In this document: positions 13,267 to 26,293 of the stretch, one piece after another
Layout: every line of letters starts with the position of its first letter
Numbering within the stretch: the stretch's first letter is position 1
From: Eledone cirrhosa
Taxonomy: Eukaryota
DNA length: 64,000 nucleotides
Assembly (NCBI GenBank): GCA_964016885.1
Contig: OZ024740.1
Location: 321,594,001 to 321,658,000 of the forward strand
Direction: 5' to 3'
The notes under the pieces: generated by a model
Told to the model about the DNA's origin: nothing
Seen by the model: the letters and a program-made list of their open reading frames with translations, nothing else
Databases searched by the model: none
Program-made: the position numbers and the translations under genes

Positions 13267-14410
13267 TGTATGTATGTATGTATGTATGTATGTATGTATG
13301 TATGTATGTATGTATGACCCCTTAGCCTTTGTCAAGGCAGAATTCTAGGAGAAGGAAAACTCTGATATAACACCTGCAACTCTGATGGTATCCAATGATG
13401 TTGACTTGTTCTTCTTTTTGGTAAATATCATCTTGGTTAAGAGAGTGAAACTGGCTTTGTGCAGTGCCTTTGCTCACTATAAAAGCTTCATGGCACAGTC
13501 ATTGCTTTATATCTGGAGATCTCTCTGCACTTGTCGTCACATGGTACCATGAGCCCAGCACTATGTGTCAATAATTGTCACAAGTGTAGTGTTTGTACCA
13601 GAGTGTTCAAGTCGCTGGCTGGACTAAAATGTCACTCGTTCAGCGCATCGGTAGGAGTTCTCCTACATGGATATAAAGTAGTGGCCGTACTCGAAAACGA
13701 GTTGGCAGCCACCATGTATGTATGTATGTATGTATGTATGTATGTATGTATGTATGTATGTATGTATGTATGTATGTATGTATGTATGTATGTATATATG
13801 TCAGGTCACCAGTTGGTGCTACTGGTAACATGTATCCCAGTACAACCTGTCTCATAGTCGGGTCGTTGGTGACTAAACTGGCAACCCCACCAAGGTTTCT
13901 TGGTGAGGAGGGTGACTTTGGACATCCTGCAGGACTAAAAACAAAACCTGTCAAAGGGCAAAGGAGCTCTTAAGAGTCAATGGCCATCCAAAATCACCGG
14001 GAGAGATGACCCCTTAGCCTTTGTCAAGGCAGAATTCTAGGAGAAGGAAAACTCTGATATAACACCTGCAACCCTGATGGTATCCAATGATGTTAACTTG
14101 TTCTTCTTTTTGGTAAATATCATCTTGGTTAAGAGAGTGGGACTGGCTTTGTGCAGTGCCTTTGCTCACTATAAAAGCTTCACGGCACAGGCATTGCTTT
14201 ATATCTGGAGATCTCTCTGCACTTGTCGTCACATGGTACCATGGGCCCAGCACTATGTGTCAATAATTGTCACAAGTGTAGTGTTTGTACCAGAGTGTTC
14301 AAGTCGCTGGCTGGACTAAAAAGTCACACTCGTTCAGCGCATCGGTAGGGGTTCTCCTACATGGATATAAAGTAATGGCCGTACTCGAAAACGAGTTGGC
14401 AGCCACCATG
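12404..14410 (+). mobile_element. Stack of ~500-600-bp RTE-related non-autonomous elements, each ending in (ATGT)n (12404-12920, 13315-13715 truncated, 13800-14410)
   Basis: 13315-13715 is nearly identical to 14008-14410. 12404-12600 resembles 13803-13990 (GCTACTGGTAACATGTA.CCCAGTACAACCTG). The 3' parts encode zinc-finger remnants (CSVCTRVFKSLAGLK.H) like the upstream RTE. Confidence 0.75.
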
Positions 14411-14414
14411 TATA

Positions 14415-14850
14415 TATGTATGTTATCTCTTTCTCTTAATTTCGAGTATATTTTTGACCGGCCACCTTCCTGGTGACAAGGTTGTAAAAGAAAAGAAATT
14501 GTCATCCCTTGAATCGCAAGAATGTTTTGCAAATTTTGGAGGTGCCAGCTATCGCAGCCATTTGTAGACTATGAATTAGGGAGCTGCGCTCTTTGTCCGC
14601 AAATCCAAGTTCAGTTATACATTGGTCCAAGCGGGTTGGTATATAACCCGTAGCTCCAATAATGATGGATACTGGATTTGTAAACTCCTCGTCAATGGTC
14701 CGTAGATGTCCTCCTTCTCCTGTATTTTTCTGACAACGTTTACATCAAGTGGGCAGCTGATCTCCACAACAGAACACGTTTTCAATGTGTGGTCCCAAAC
14801 AACAATATCAGGCCGGTTGTGCTTTAATTTATTTGGTGGCAGTTTTTATT
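14415..14850 (-). pseudogene. R4/Dong-type non-LTR retrotransposon 3' fragment with restriction-like endonuclease (RLE)
   Basis: Minus-strand translation KHNRPDIVVWD..KTCSVVEISCPLDVNVVRKIQEKEDIYGPL...PIIIGATG...GTSKICKTFL*, matching the RPD..E.SCP.D..EK..Y RLE signature. Confidence 0.8.
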
Positions 14851-14852
14851 TT

Positions 14853-14884
<32 letters not shown>

Positions 14885-14937
14885 TGTATGTATGTATGTA
14901 TGTATGTATGTATGTATGTATGTATGTATGTATGTAT

Positions 14938-15270
14938 TTTCTTCTGGTTTTATAATTTCACAAATTTTTGCCAATAGAGAGAGAGTCGGTTTCTAACATA
15001 GTTACAAGACTCTCTCATTGGAATTTATACATCAACTAGGTAGTCTGCATGTCTGCATGCATGTGTGTGCAGGTATGGATGTTATTGTATGTGTGGATGT
15101 GTATGTTTTGAGTTGTATCTGTGCATGTGCATACGCTTTGTATCTGTACATGTGTATATTCAGTTATTAGATGCAAAATTTTTGGAATGTTTTACATATT
15201 TTTACTGTTCCATTAATGGATTGTACTTGTAATTTCCTAACTAGTTGTGTTCTTTCTGTTTCTGTATGTA
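14938..15270 (-). mobile_element. Second R4/Dong-type LINE 3' end with (CATA)n tail; shorter copy at 13022-13235
   Basis: Minus-strand ERTQLVRKLQVQSINGTVKICK resembles the C-terminus of the 14415-14850 fragment; the 3'UTR is duplicated at 13022-13235. Confidence 0.7.
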
Positions 15271-15470
15271 TGCATGTAATATATATATGATTTCAAATAA
15301 AAATGACATCTACAGAACTAGTACTGTTTCACTTTGAGGTAAAATTAAGTACCTTCTCTACTTGATGTATTGAGTATCTTACTTTAACTGCGGTCTCCTT
15401 TCGGTCTTTAACGGGAAACCATTCTACGTACATAAATGCCCCCCCACACACACACACACGCATATAAATA

Positions 15471-15601
<131 letters not shown>

Positions 15602-15792
15602 CTAAACATATATTTTGCTGTTATATTTAAATGTGGTGTATAAGTGCTCAGAACAGCAATTAAGCCACTCATGAAGTTGATGATCTACTTAAACTAATTC
15701 TAACATTACTTGCATTTCTAATATTACTAACATTAAATTGAAGTTTAATAGAAAAATGGTCTGTTCAACAAATAACTATTAAAAATATAAAT

Positions 15793-16375
15793 AATTGTTT
15801 CTACTTTTGGCACAAGGCCAGCAAATACCCAGTGCATTACTGGTACTTTATTTTATCGACCCTGTAAGGATGAAAGACAAAGTTAACCTCGGCGGGATTT
15901 GAACTCAGATCATACAGGGAGGTGGATTGGCAGTATCGGTAGAGGGTCTGACGCCATGCTTTGAAGCATTAAATATATAAATAATTGTTTCTACTTTAGG
16001 CACAAGGCCAGCAATTACCCAGTGCATTACTGGTACTTTATTTTATCGACCCCGTAAGGATGAAAGGCAAAGTCAACCTCGGCGGGATTTGAACTCAGAT
16101 CCTAAAGGGACGTAACTATGCTGGAAAGCATGGCGTCCGACATAAATAATGGTTTATGATTTGGGCACAAGGCCAATAATTTTGGGGGAGGGGAAAGTCG
16201 ATTAAATCGACCCCAGTATGTTACTGGTACTTTATTTTATCGACCCCGTAAGGATGAAAGGCAAAGTTAACCTCGGCGGGATTTGAATTCAGAATGGAAA
16301 GGGATGTAACTCTATGCGTCAAAGCATGGCGTCCGACCCTCTACCGATATAGCCAATCCACCACTCAATAATAGT
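15793..16375 (-). mobile_element. Cluster of SINE family A copies
   Basis: Three reverse-complement copies of the family A consensus plus a short inverted head fragment at ~15920-15970. Confidence 0.9.
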
Positions 16376-16628
16376 AATAATAAACCTAGAACCACTTGAT
16401 TGCATAGCGAACTCTTTAACCACACATATATATTTATAGACATTTACATATATATTTGCAGATATTTACATATATATATATTTATATATGTATACCAAGA
16501 CGATAGGAAAGGTTTCCCGGAGACTTAGCTGCTCACTATTACTCAACAAGAATGTTTCAAAAGCACATGCGATCAGGACACTCGGAGTGCTAACCAAATG
16601 TATATTTGTAACGGAGTTTATATATATA

Positions 16629-17378
16629 CTAGTTGGGCCCGTGCCGTAACAAATGACGACTAATTGTAATATCTATACATAATACAAAAAATAGATGTTT
16701 ATTTGTTGGTTAGTTAGTTGGTTCCTTCGCGCTCGCTCACACAAGTGATACAAACACACAGCTATGAGGAATCTTAGAACGCTGGACTTCTATAGTTTCC
16801 CACCCCTCCTTCCTCAGTCATCACATAGATGTGTGTGTATGTAATATTTTTTTTTCTAAGTGTGTCTGTTTATATATATGTATGTGTAGATGCATGTCTG
16901 TAGTTTGTCATCACCCCTTCCTTCCTGAGTTAACGTAATCACCCCGTCCTTCCTCAGTCATATCTAGTCTGTGACGGACAAATACACAATCGCATTATAT
17001 ATTAGTAGGGCGCCATGCTTTCCAACATAGTTACGTCCCTTTACGATCTGAGTTCAAATCCCGCCGAGGTTGACTTTGCCTTTCATCCTTACGGGGTCGA
17101 TAAAATAAAGTACCAGTAATGCACTGGGTAATTGCTGGCCTTGTGCCTAAAGTAGAAACAATTATATATTAGTAGGGCGGTGGATTGGCAGTATTGGTAG
17201 AGGGTCGGACGCCATGCTTTGCAGCAAAGAGTTACGTCCATTTATGGTCTGAGTTCAAATCCCGCCGAGGTTAACTTTGCCTTTCATCCTTACGAGGTCG
17301 ATAAAATAAAGTACCAGTAATACACTGGGATAATTGCTGACCTTGTGCCAAATGTAGAAACAATTATATATTAGTAGA
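16629..17378 (-). mobile_element. Non-autonomous Helitron-like element with two SINE-A insertions near its 5' end
   Basis: The minus strand begins A|TCTACTAATATATAAT and ends CTAG|T. SINEs at 17008-17165 and 17175-17365 are bounded by three copies of ATTATATATTAGTA (target-site duplication). Confidence 0.55.
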
Positions 17379-17563
17379 TATTTCATATTACATATGTATT
17401 TCATTTAAAATATGACATACATTTTACGCCTATGTGAACTTTAAGTAATGCTGTAGTGAATTATTAATTGTTTAATTACAAATAGATACAGCATATACAT
17501 ACGTTGTATTGAGTGGTCTTTCATTAATTTGTACACATAAATGTATATGCATACATACACTCG

Positions 17564-17639
<76 letters not shown>

Positions 17640-17721
17640 CTTATACACATATACTCACGCTCACACATATATATCTTGGCACAGCGCGCCCATGGACGCA
17701 ATTAATTTGCACCTCTAATAC

Positions 17722-17771
<50 letters not shown>

Positions 17772-18469
17772 GGAAATCAGTAAAATCGAATCTCTGGCGG
17801 TTTGCAAGTAAATTCGGTCTACTTATATGAAATGATGAGTTAGCAAAACACTCGATAAGATAGGACTTCAGAGTAATAACATACGTTTAAATAGCTTGAC
17901 AAATCGAACATTGTGGTAGGCGAAACTAACACACAATACATACCAAAGTAACGATAGAACTAATCAGGTTGAGAAAAGTACACCTGAACAATCGTTTAAA
18001 GTGTTTCTTTGAATCCGAAATCAAATATCAGACTTACGTGAATGGCAAGCTCATGGTATTTGTGATCGAACGGAGGATTCAGTTTATCAACAGGTTTTCG
18101 TTCTGCTTAGGACCGGAGTGATAAATTATATGTTGCAGCTCGGATGGCTGCTAATCGTATCTATAGTTATCACGTGTTAATTCCGAGAAGGGAAATAACC
18201 CCCCGTTTTAGGCGGGTCATTCAAAATGCTAGCGAAAGGAAATATTTTAATTTCCGCTAATCATCATGATAAGCTCTCGACTAGATGTTATAAAACAAAC
18301 ACAAATAATTAACCAATCAACAGAATTGTCTAATTAAATTAATTAGTTAATTATTAAATCTAGGAGAATAATATAATTGGAATGACGGCGATGAATTTGT
18401 TTTGCGAGGTTTTTGATATGAAATCGTGTGTCGAAACAAATATTGTTATACTTGGGGAGGGTAATAATA

Positions 18470-18810
18470 TTGCCAGAATTAATAACAAAACACACTCACT
18501 GTTTGGTTGGTTTTCGCTTCTGTATCTTTTATATCAGTTAATTCATTCGGTCCTCAATGTTTACCATTGACTGACCAACGGTCAAAAATACAGATATAAT
18601 ATAGACACAAACACATATCTATAGTCTTACAAAGTTCTTTTGTTGCACATCTGCAACATCGTCAGAGGTGCTATTATGTTCCTCCTATTGTATTGTATAT
18701 CTACGCAATCTTTATTTAATCTGTTTATTTATTTATTTTTGTCTTCTCTGCGCATGCATTTGCGTGTGTGTATAGTGTTTGGTGTGTGTTCGCGTTTGGG
18801 TGACTGTGTT
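18470..18810 (-). mobile_element. Dispersed non-coding repeat with HHR-like motif; opposite-orientation copy at 57140-57490
   Basis: The two ~340-bp segments are clearly homologous. At 57296-57335: cca-CTGATGA-tGTTGCA(gatg)TGCAAC-GAAA-gaac-TT-tg. Confidence 0.7.
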
Positions 18811-19249
18811 TTGGTTATTGTATTCTATCTTAGTTTACTAGTGTGTGCTTATATATGTTTGTTGTTATTGTGCTTGTGTATATATTTATTTATTTATATT
18901 TTTCTTAGGTCAGTATTGTTTGTTTGGGTGTTATTGTTATTCCATTCATTTTTTCTGTTTAGCTTTGGCCTTCTAAGTTCTATTTCACTTGCCTCTCTGA
19001 TTTGCCTATCTGCTGGGTCATTTCTATGTTTAGATATTATTTTAATTTCTATGTTGTCTATGCTACCGTCATATTGTTGTCTGGCGTGTTCGTATAGTAC
19101 TGAACCGTTTTTTCGTCCTTTTAGTTCCCCCCAGTGTTGGTCTATCCTTTCACCTATGCTTCGAGCTGTCTCGCCTAGTGTTGGTCTATCCTTTCACCTA
19201 TGCTACGAGCTGTCTCGCCTATGTACATACATAGGCGAGACAGCTCGTA

Positions 19250-19530
19250 GCTATCACTATTCCAGAGCACCAATCCTAATACCTAATTGTTGCTGGACCG
19301 GCAATCGCTCTGTATAATCAGCCCCTGATTATTACTGGAATTCTATAAGAATCCAGCTTCTATAGTTTTCGGCGGAAGCAAGGAGTGCGTGGCTCTGATG
19401 ATCGCCAAACAGCGTGAAACAGACTGACAGCTTCTCTCCTTTCTTTCGCCGAAAAGAAGTAAGTGACATAGTCACTACTTTAAAACCGATAACGTATGGT
19501 CTTGAAAGTGTTTTTAATTAAACATACGGT
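19250..19530 (+). mobile_element. Small non-coding HHR-bearing element (family C); related copies at 54500-54845 and 54911-55372
   Basis: Shared blocks ATCRCTATTYCAGAGC..CTAATT..GGACCGGC..CGCTCT..ATTCTATAAG followed by an HHR enclosed in a long helix. Confidence 0.7.
19392..19432 (+). ncRNA. Type I hammerhead-like ribozyme (family C)
   Basis: gct-CTGATGA-tCGC(caaaca)GCGt-GAAA-CAG(a)CTG-ac-agc; the cleavage-site U is mutated to A. Confidence 0.65.
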
Positions 19531-19545
19531 ATATTGCCAAATATA

Positions 19546-19733
<188 letters not shown>

Positions 19734-19879
19734 ATGTATGTATGTGTGTGTGTGTGTGTAAAAATAAACAGAAATAACAAAGCAAACAACACTACATTGA
19801 AAAAATATAAGGGGTTTATTTATATACTGGTGCCTATGATAAAAACTGTATAAACATATTATTTACAGTAACAACAACA

Positions 19880-19881
19880 AC

Positions 19882-19925
<44 letters not shown>

Positions 19926-22226
19926 TTTCTTTATTAACCACAAGGGTTTACATAAAGTAGACATTAAGGACAGTGCAGGACAATGCAGGACGGTACAAAT
20001 GGGCATTTCTGCGTGTAAAAAAACAAAAACAGAGGATGTAACAAAAATAACAATGAAAATAACAATGAAAAATTCCCCAATAGGGGGGAGACTTCGGAGG
20101 GACATTTGTGGAGAAAGCCCAGTAAAAAGCCACAATGACCCTGACCACCAAGGCAAGTGCCCTCTCCCAGTTTTCCACCTTTAGTTTACAGATATATACT
20201 CAGAGTCGGCCCATTCACTCGGGCCATTCTTGCTTCTCTCACCCATCTTTCAACAAAATGCTGGGAAGAGAGCACTTCCCTCTCTACTCTGATTTTCCTT
20301 TTCAAATGAAATTTGAAAAAGTCAATCAGAGCATCACCGAAGAGGTAAGTGCTCGTCTTCAGCCCTTTCAAACGTGTCCACCATACTATCTCTTTCGCCA
20401 TGGCCACCAGACAGATAAAAACTGCCTGCCCTTCCCGGCTAAAGGAGGAGGGCGGGGCAATCCTCACGATGGACTCAGATGATAGCTGGATCCGTCCTAA
20501 ACGCGACAGCAGGTGTTCGACATAAACCCACAAGTCAGCAATTTTCGGACACTGGACGAGTGCGTGCAGGACGGTTTCGTCGCCCTGCGCGCATCTCGGA
20601 CATGCCCGGCTGACGGCACCTCCATGCCTGTAGAGTTTATCCCGAACTGGCAAGGCTCCTCGGTAGCACTGCCAGGCCAGAGATTTCTGGAAGTTGTCCA
20701 TAGGCCCTGGCCCGAAAGTTCTTCCGAAGAGATTGGCTAGTTGATTTTCGTCGACGCCTAGAGTTTCCCCAAGTACGTCGTCGCTCTTCCCCTCCACTAA
20801 TCCTCTATAGAACGCCGAGGTGGAGTTTCCACCGATCACATTGCCCGATTGGTCGAGGGCTGTGAGCGCCTGAAGACATTCCAGTCTCCAGGCGCTCCCT
20901 CTCGGTCTTCGCTTGACCCAGGACTGCAGCTCCGTCAAGGAAACGAGCTGGGGAAAAACGCGTCTAGCAAACGGCGACCACACCTGATCACTGTCGAGGA
21001 AGAGGTGGAGATGTCGTAGCCTGAGCGCGTGCCTGCGCATCATCAGCCACGGCATGCCCAGCCCTCCATGTAGCGGGTGTTGACAACAGATGGACCGCCT
21101 GACCATCGGAGCACGTCCCTTCCACAAAAAGCGAAAGAGCAAACGCTCCAGCGCAGTCAGGCGAGGCTTAGGACAAGGTACGACGGTTAGGCGGTAGCAG
21201 ATGACAGACGCGATGTACGCGTTAGCCACCTCCGCTCGACCTTTCAGGGATAGCTTCCTCTCCGCCCATTTCTGGGTGAGAGAAGCCACCCTGCTCGTCA
21301 CCTCGTCCCAGTTTTTGTCCGTCTGGAGGTCCGGACCGAACCAGACCCCTAGCAATTTAACCGGTCCGTCCGTCCAGCGCCCGACGACGCTGTTGGACGG
21401 CATGGACCTGCCTCTCCAGGTGCCGAGCTGCAGGCCCACTGACTTTTCCTGGTTGATCATTGCTCCTGTCACCGCTTCGTATTCTCTTAGTGTAGTGCCG
21501 ATCGCCTCGATGTGTTTGGCGTTCGACACCACTACGGTGACATCGTCCGCATATGCTGACACGGATCTTCCGCATCCTAGTTCGCGCGGGACTCCCCTCA
21601 ACGTCTCCAGTTTGTGCAGTAATGGCTCGAGAGTCAATACGTACAAGAGGGACGAGAGGGGACATCCTTGGCGGACCGAGCGCATGATGTTGAACGGTTC
21701 CGACAGGTGACCGTTCACTCTCACCACAGAGCAGATGTCGCTGTGCATGGTAGCGATCCAGCCTCTGAAGACGGGCCCAAAGTCAGCCGCCCTCAGGACT
21801 GCCGCTAGGTAACGATGGTCGACCCTATCGAAAGCTTTCGACTGATCTAAATTGATCAAGGACCCACCCGTGCCAGGTTCCCTAGCTACCCTCTCTACGA
21901 TGTATCGCATGAGGTGGAGGTTGTCGTGGATGGATCTGTCGGGAATGGCGCATGTCTGCGCCTCTCCCACCAGACCACCAACGACAAGCGCCAACCTCTT
22001 TGCTAGCACCTTGGCCAAAATCTTAAACTCTGTGTTTAGCAGAGTTATGGGCCGGAAATTGTCTATGTTATCCCCCTTGTTCGGATCCTTTCTCAGCAGT
22101 GCCACCGCTCCTCGGCTCACAGAACTGGGAATTCTCCCGTTCTGTTGCCAGTTGCAGTAGACGTCCGCCAAGAGGCCTCCGAACAAGTCTGGCATCTGTA
22201 CGTAAAGTTCATAGGGCAGACCATCC

Positions 22227-22227
<1 letters not shown>
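19880..22227 (-). mobile_element. Tx1/L1-clade LINE copy 1 (5'-truncated) with (TTA)n tail
   Basis: Open ORF2 segment 22227-20186, 3'UTR 20185-19922, poly(TTA) tail. Confidence 0.93.
20186..22227 (-). CDS. Tx1-type ORF2 fragment: RT + C-terminal zinc-binding domain (no start codon; 5'-truncated)
   Basis: LDGLPYE, NFRPITLLNTEFKILAK, LDQSKAFDRVDH, VRQGCPLS, AYADD, KLLGV, LSLKGRA, CPRC..DETVLHALVQC. The first ~95 aa of the listed 776-aa ORF are read-through of the neighbouring 3'UTR and (TTA)n. Confidence 0.85.
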
Positions 22228-22284
<57 letters not shown>

Positions 22285-25200
22285 TTTTCTTTATTAACCA
22301 CAAGGGTTTACATAAAGTAGACATTAAGGACAGTACAGGACAATACAGGACGGTACAAATGGGCATTTCTGCGTGTAAAAAAACAAAAACAGAGGATGTA
22401 ACAAAAATAACAATGAAAATAACAATGAAAAATTCCCCAATAGGGGGGAGACTTCCGAGGGAGATTTGTGGAGAAAGCCCATTAAAAGACCACAGTGACT
22501 CTGACCACCAGGGCAAGTGCCCTCTCCCAGTTTTCCACCTTTAATTTACAGACACATACTCAGAGTAGGCCCATTCACTCGGGCCATACTTGCTTCTCTC
22601 ACCCATCTTTCAACAAAATGCTGGGAAGAGAGCACTTCCCTTTCTACCCTGATTTTCCATTTCAAATGAAATTTGAAAAAGTTAATCAGGGCATCACCGA
22701 AGAGGTAAGTGCTCGTCTTCAGCCCTTTCAAACGTGTCCACCATACTATCTCTTCCGCCATGGCCACCAGACAGATAAAAACTTCCTGCCCTTCCCGGCT
22801 AAAGGAAGAGGGCGGGGCAATCCTCACGTTGGATTCAGCTGATAGCTGGATCCGTCCTACACGTGACAGCAGGTGTTCGACATAAACCCATAAGTCAGCA
22901 ATGCTCGGACACTGGACGAGTGCGTGCAGGACGGTTTCGTCGCCCTTCGCGCATCTCGGACATGCCCGTAGAGTTTATCCCGAACTGGCAAAGCTCCTCG
23001 ACAGCACTGCCAGACCAGGGATTTCTGGAAGTTGTCCATAGGCTCCGGTCCGAAAGTTCTTCCGAAGAGATTGGCTAGTTGATTTTCGTCGACGCCTAGA
23101 GTTTCTCCAAGTACGTCGTCGCTCTTCCCCTCCACTAATCCTCTATAGAACGCCAAGGTGGAGTTTCCACCGATCACATTGCCAGATTGGTCGAGGGCTG
23201 TGAGCGCCTGAAGATATTCCAGTCTCCAAGCGCTCCCTCTCGGTCTTCGCTTGACCCAGGACTGCAGCTCCGTCAAGGAGACGAGCTGGGGAAAGACGTG
23301 TCTAGCAAACGGCGACCACACCTGATCACCGTCGAGGAAGAGGTGGAGATGTCGTAGCCTGAGCGCGTGTCTGCGCATCATCGGCCACGGCATGCCCAGC
23401 CCTCCACGTAGCGGGTGTTGACAGCAGATGGACCACCTGACCATAGGAGCGCGTCCCTTCCACAAAAAACGAAAGAGCAAATGCTCCAGCGCAGTCAGGA
23501 GGTACGACGGTCAGGCGGTAGTAGATGACAGACGCGATGTACGCGTTAGCCACCTCCGCTCGACCATTCAGGGATAGCTTCCTCTCCGCCCATTTCTGGG
23601 TGAGAGAAGCCATCCTGCTCGTCACCTCGACCCAGTTTTTGTCCGTCTGGAGGTCCAGACCGAACCAGACCCCTAGCAATTTAACCGGTCCATCCGTCCA
23701 GCGCCCGACGACGCTGTTGGACGGCATGGACCTGCCTCTCCAGGTGCCGAGCTGCAGGCCCACTGACTTTTCCTGGTTGATCATTGCTCCTGTCACCACT
23801 TCGTATTCTCTTAGTGTAGTGCCGGTCGCCTCGATGTGTTTGGCGTTCGACACCACTACGGTGACATCGTCCGCATATGCTGACACAGATCTTCCGCATC
23901 CTAGTTCGCGCGGGACCCCCCCTCAACGTCTCCAGTTTGTGCAGTAATGGCTCGAGAGTCAATACGTACAAGAGGGACGAGAGGGGACATCCTTGGCGGA
24001 CCGAGCGCATGATGTTAAACGGTTCCGAAAGGTGACCGTTCACTCTCACCACAGAGCAGATGTCGTTGTGCATGGCAGCGATCCAGCCTCTGAAGACGAG
24101 CCCAAAGCCAGCCGCCCTCAATACTGCCGCTAGGTAACGATGGTCGACCCTATCGAAAGCTTTCGACTGATCTAAATTGATCAAGGACCCACCCGTGCCA
24201 GGTTCCCTAGCTACCCTCTCTACGATGTATCGCATGAGGTGGAGGTTGTCGTGGATGGATCTGTCAGGAATGGCGCATGTCTGCGCCTCTCCCACCAGAC
24301 CACCAACGACAAGCGCCAACCTCTTTGCTAGCACCTTGGCCAAAATCTTGAACTCTGTGCTTAGCAGAGTTATGGGCCTAAAATTATCTATGTTATCCCC
24401 CTTGTTCGGATCCTTTCTCAGCAGCGCCACAGCTCCTCGGCTCACAGAGCTGGGAATTCTCCCGTTCTGTTGCCAGTTGCAGTAAACGTCCGCCAAGAGG
24501 CCTCCGAACAAGTCTGGCATCTGTACGTAAAGTTCATAGGGCAGACCATCCAAACCAGGCGATTTACCCCTTGTGCAGCCAGTCATTGCCTCCCGTACTT
24601 CAGCGGCTGTTATCGGCTTTTCGCAACACCTCGCCTCAGTGGCCGAGAGCCGCGGCAGTCCGTCGAGGTAGACACTAAAATCCATCCCTCGACCCGGCCC
24701 ACCGCTGCCCCCGAACAGCTGTGCGAAGTATCGCTGAAAAGCTTCACACATTTGTCCGGGATCGAGTAGCATGCGCCCGTCGTGGTCCACCAAAGACCGG
24801 ATCGTGGCTTTGTGGCCACGACGCGCCTCTGCCACTCGGACCCATTGAACGGCTTTCGTCCCCTCGTCTCTGAGAGCACGCACCCTAGCTCTGACAACTC
24901 AGCCTTCGTACTTTGCATTGAAGAATTGGTCAAGGGCCAATTTCGCCGCAAGTACGTCGGTCGCGATGTCTTTGCTAAGCGCCTCGTCTAATTTTCTAAC
25001 TAGTTCTCCCTCTGCTCTACTTTTCTCTATTGCTAAAGCCTTACTAAACCTAATGGACTCTATTCTAATTGCTCTTTTCAGAGCAAACCACCACTTGTTG
25101 TTGACGCCCGCTTAACTACTTCGCCAATCCGGTCTCTGTAGGCCTTGCGCGCTGGTAAGGACGCGTTTAGCTTCCAGTAGCCGGGTCCTCGTCTATGAAG

Positions 25201-25640
25201 CCTATCTAAGTCAAGCACACAGATCACGAATTTGTGGTCCGTGTAGCTGACTATCTTGAATTGTGGACAGCCTATGCTAGACCTATCTATTTCCCTACAA
25301 AATACTCTATCTAGATATGATCTGGATGAGCCTATGCGATTTGTCCAAGTCCACATTGGCACATTCGGGAAATCCAATCGGTACCTGTCAGACAGTTCAA
25401 AACGCCTGAGCAGGTTGGTGAGGCTCTTGCGCCCTCCTCCCCTATCCGCTAATCCCACACAGTCCCAGCGTGCACCTAAGATCCCGTTCCAGTCGCCCAC
25501 TAACACTAAAGAGCAGGACGTTCCAAGAAAGGTCTCCAGACGCCAGAAGAAATCAGGCCGCCCTGCTCCTGTCAGGGCATAGACGGCCACTAGCCTGAAA
25601 GCTTGCCCGTCTCCGCTGGTCACGTCCAGCACCGCCAACT
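22228..25640 (-). mobile_element. Tx1/L1-clade LINE copy 2 (APE endonuclease + RT), frameshifted, with (TTA)n tail
   Basis: APE motifs RLVAVYA, LVLVGDWN, WTW..SYLDR, TDHK, GYWKLN; RT highly similar to copy 1; frameshifts near 23920 and 23500. The 5' end abuts the (AAT)n tail of a SINE. Confidence 0.93.
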
Positions 25641-25654
25641 TACAATAATAATAA

Positions 25655-25840
25655 TAATTGTTTTTACTTTTGGCACAAGGCCAGCAATTACCCAGTACAT
25701 TACTGGTACTTTATTTTATCGACCCCGTAAGGATGAAAGGAAAAGTTAACCTCGGCGGGATTTGAACTCAGAATGGAAAGGGCCGTAACTCTATGCGTCA
25801 AAGTATGACGTCCGACCCTCTACCGATACTGCCAATCCAC
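25655..25840 (-). mobile_element. SINE family A (other single copies: 4955-5085 partial, 26748-26930, 41045-41223, 54198-54385)
   Basis: Matches the family A consensus. The 54198 copy has a 16-bp TSD ATTATAAATACTAGCA; the 41045 copy has TSD TCAGAA(A)TAAT. Confidence 0.9.
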
Positions 25841-26125
25841 AATGACAACTATAATGACGGCAATAATAAAAAAAGAAACAAATTGAAATAAAGAATAAAG
25901 AAAAAAGAGAGAAACAAAAAAGAAAAAGAACGGGAGGGGGGGGGGGGGGGGGCAAGAACCCTGGTGTCGCAGAAAAGAAGGGAGGGTGGTTGGGCTTTGG
26001 GCCTAGGGCAAGAGGGCAGAAATGCTGCTGCCCGCTGATAAGACGGCAAAAGCATTTCTGCGGACGATGGGCAGTGACACCCGCTGCAACAGCCACCCAA
26101 CTTCACGGAGCTCCCTCCACATTTG

Positions 26126-26160
26126 TTTAACGTTTCGAGCATTAGTTCTTTCATCAGAGG
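26126..26160 (-). ncRNA. Minimal hammerhead-like motif
   Basis: Reverse complement cct-CTGATGA-aaGAAC(taat)GCTC-GAAAC-GT-TA; palindromic AACGTT stem III. Confidence 0.55.
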
Positions 26161-26197
26161 ATAGAATTAGAATGCTTCGAGGTCTTTACACACACGT

Positions 26198-26293
<96 letters not shown>

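Noticed and set aside
18640-19317. 225-aa hydrophobic ORF resembling a membrane protein
   Set aside because: T/G-rich low-complexity strand spanning two different repeats; no start context or recognisable domain.
22228-22516. Hydrophobic signal/TM-like N-terminus of the 776-aa ORF
   Set aside because: It is the 3'UTR and (TTA)n tail of the adjacent LINE copy; the same peptide appears at 19863-20156.
21201-25582. Plus-strand ORFs overlapping the Tx1 copies
   Set aside because: Antisense shadows of a GC-rich coding strand.
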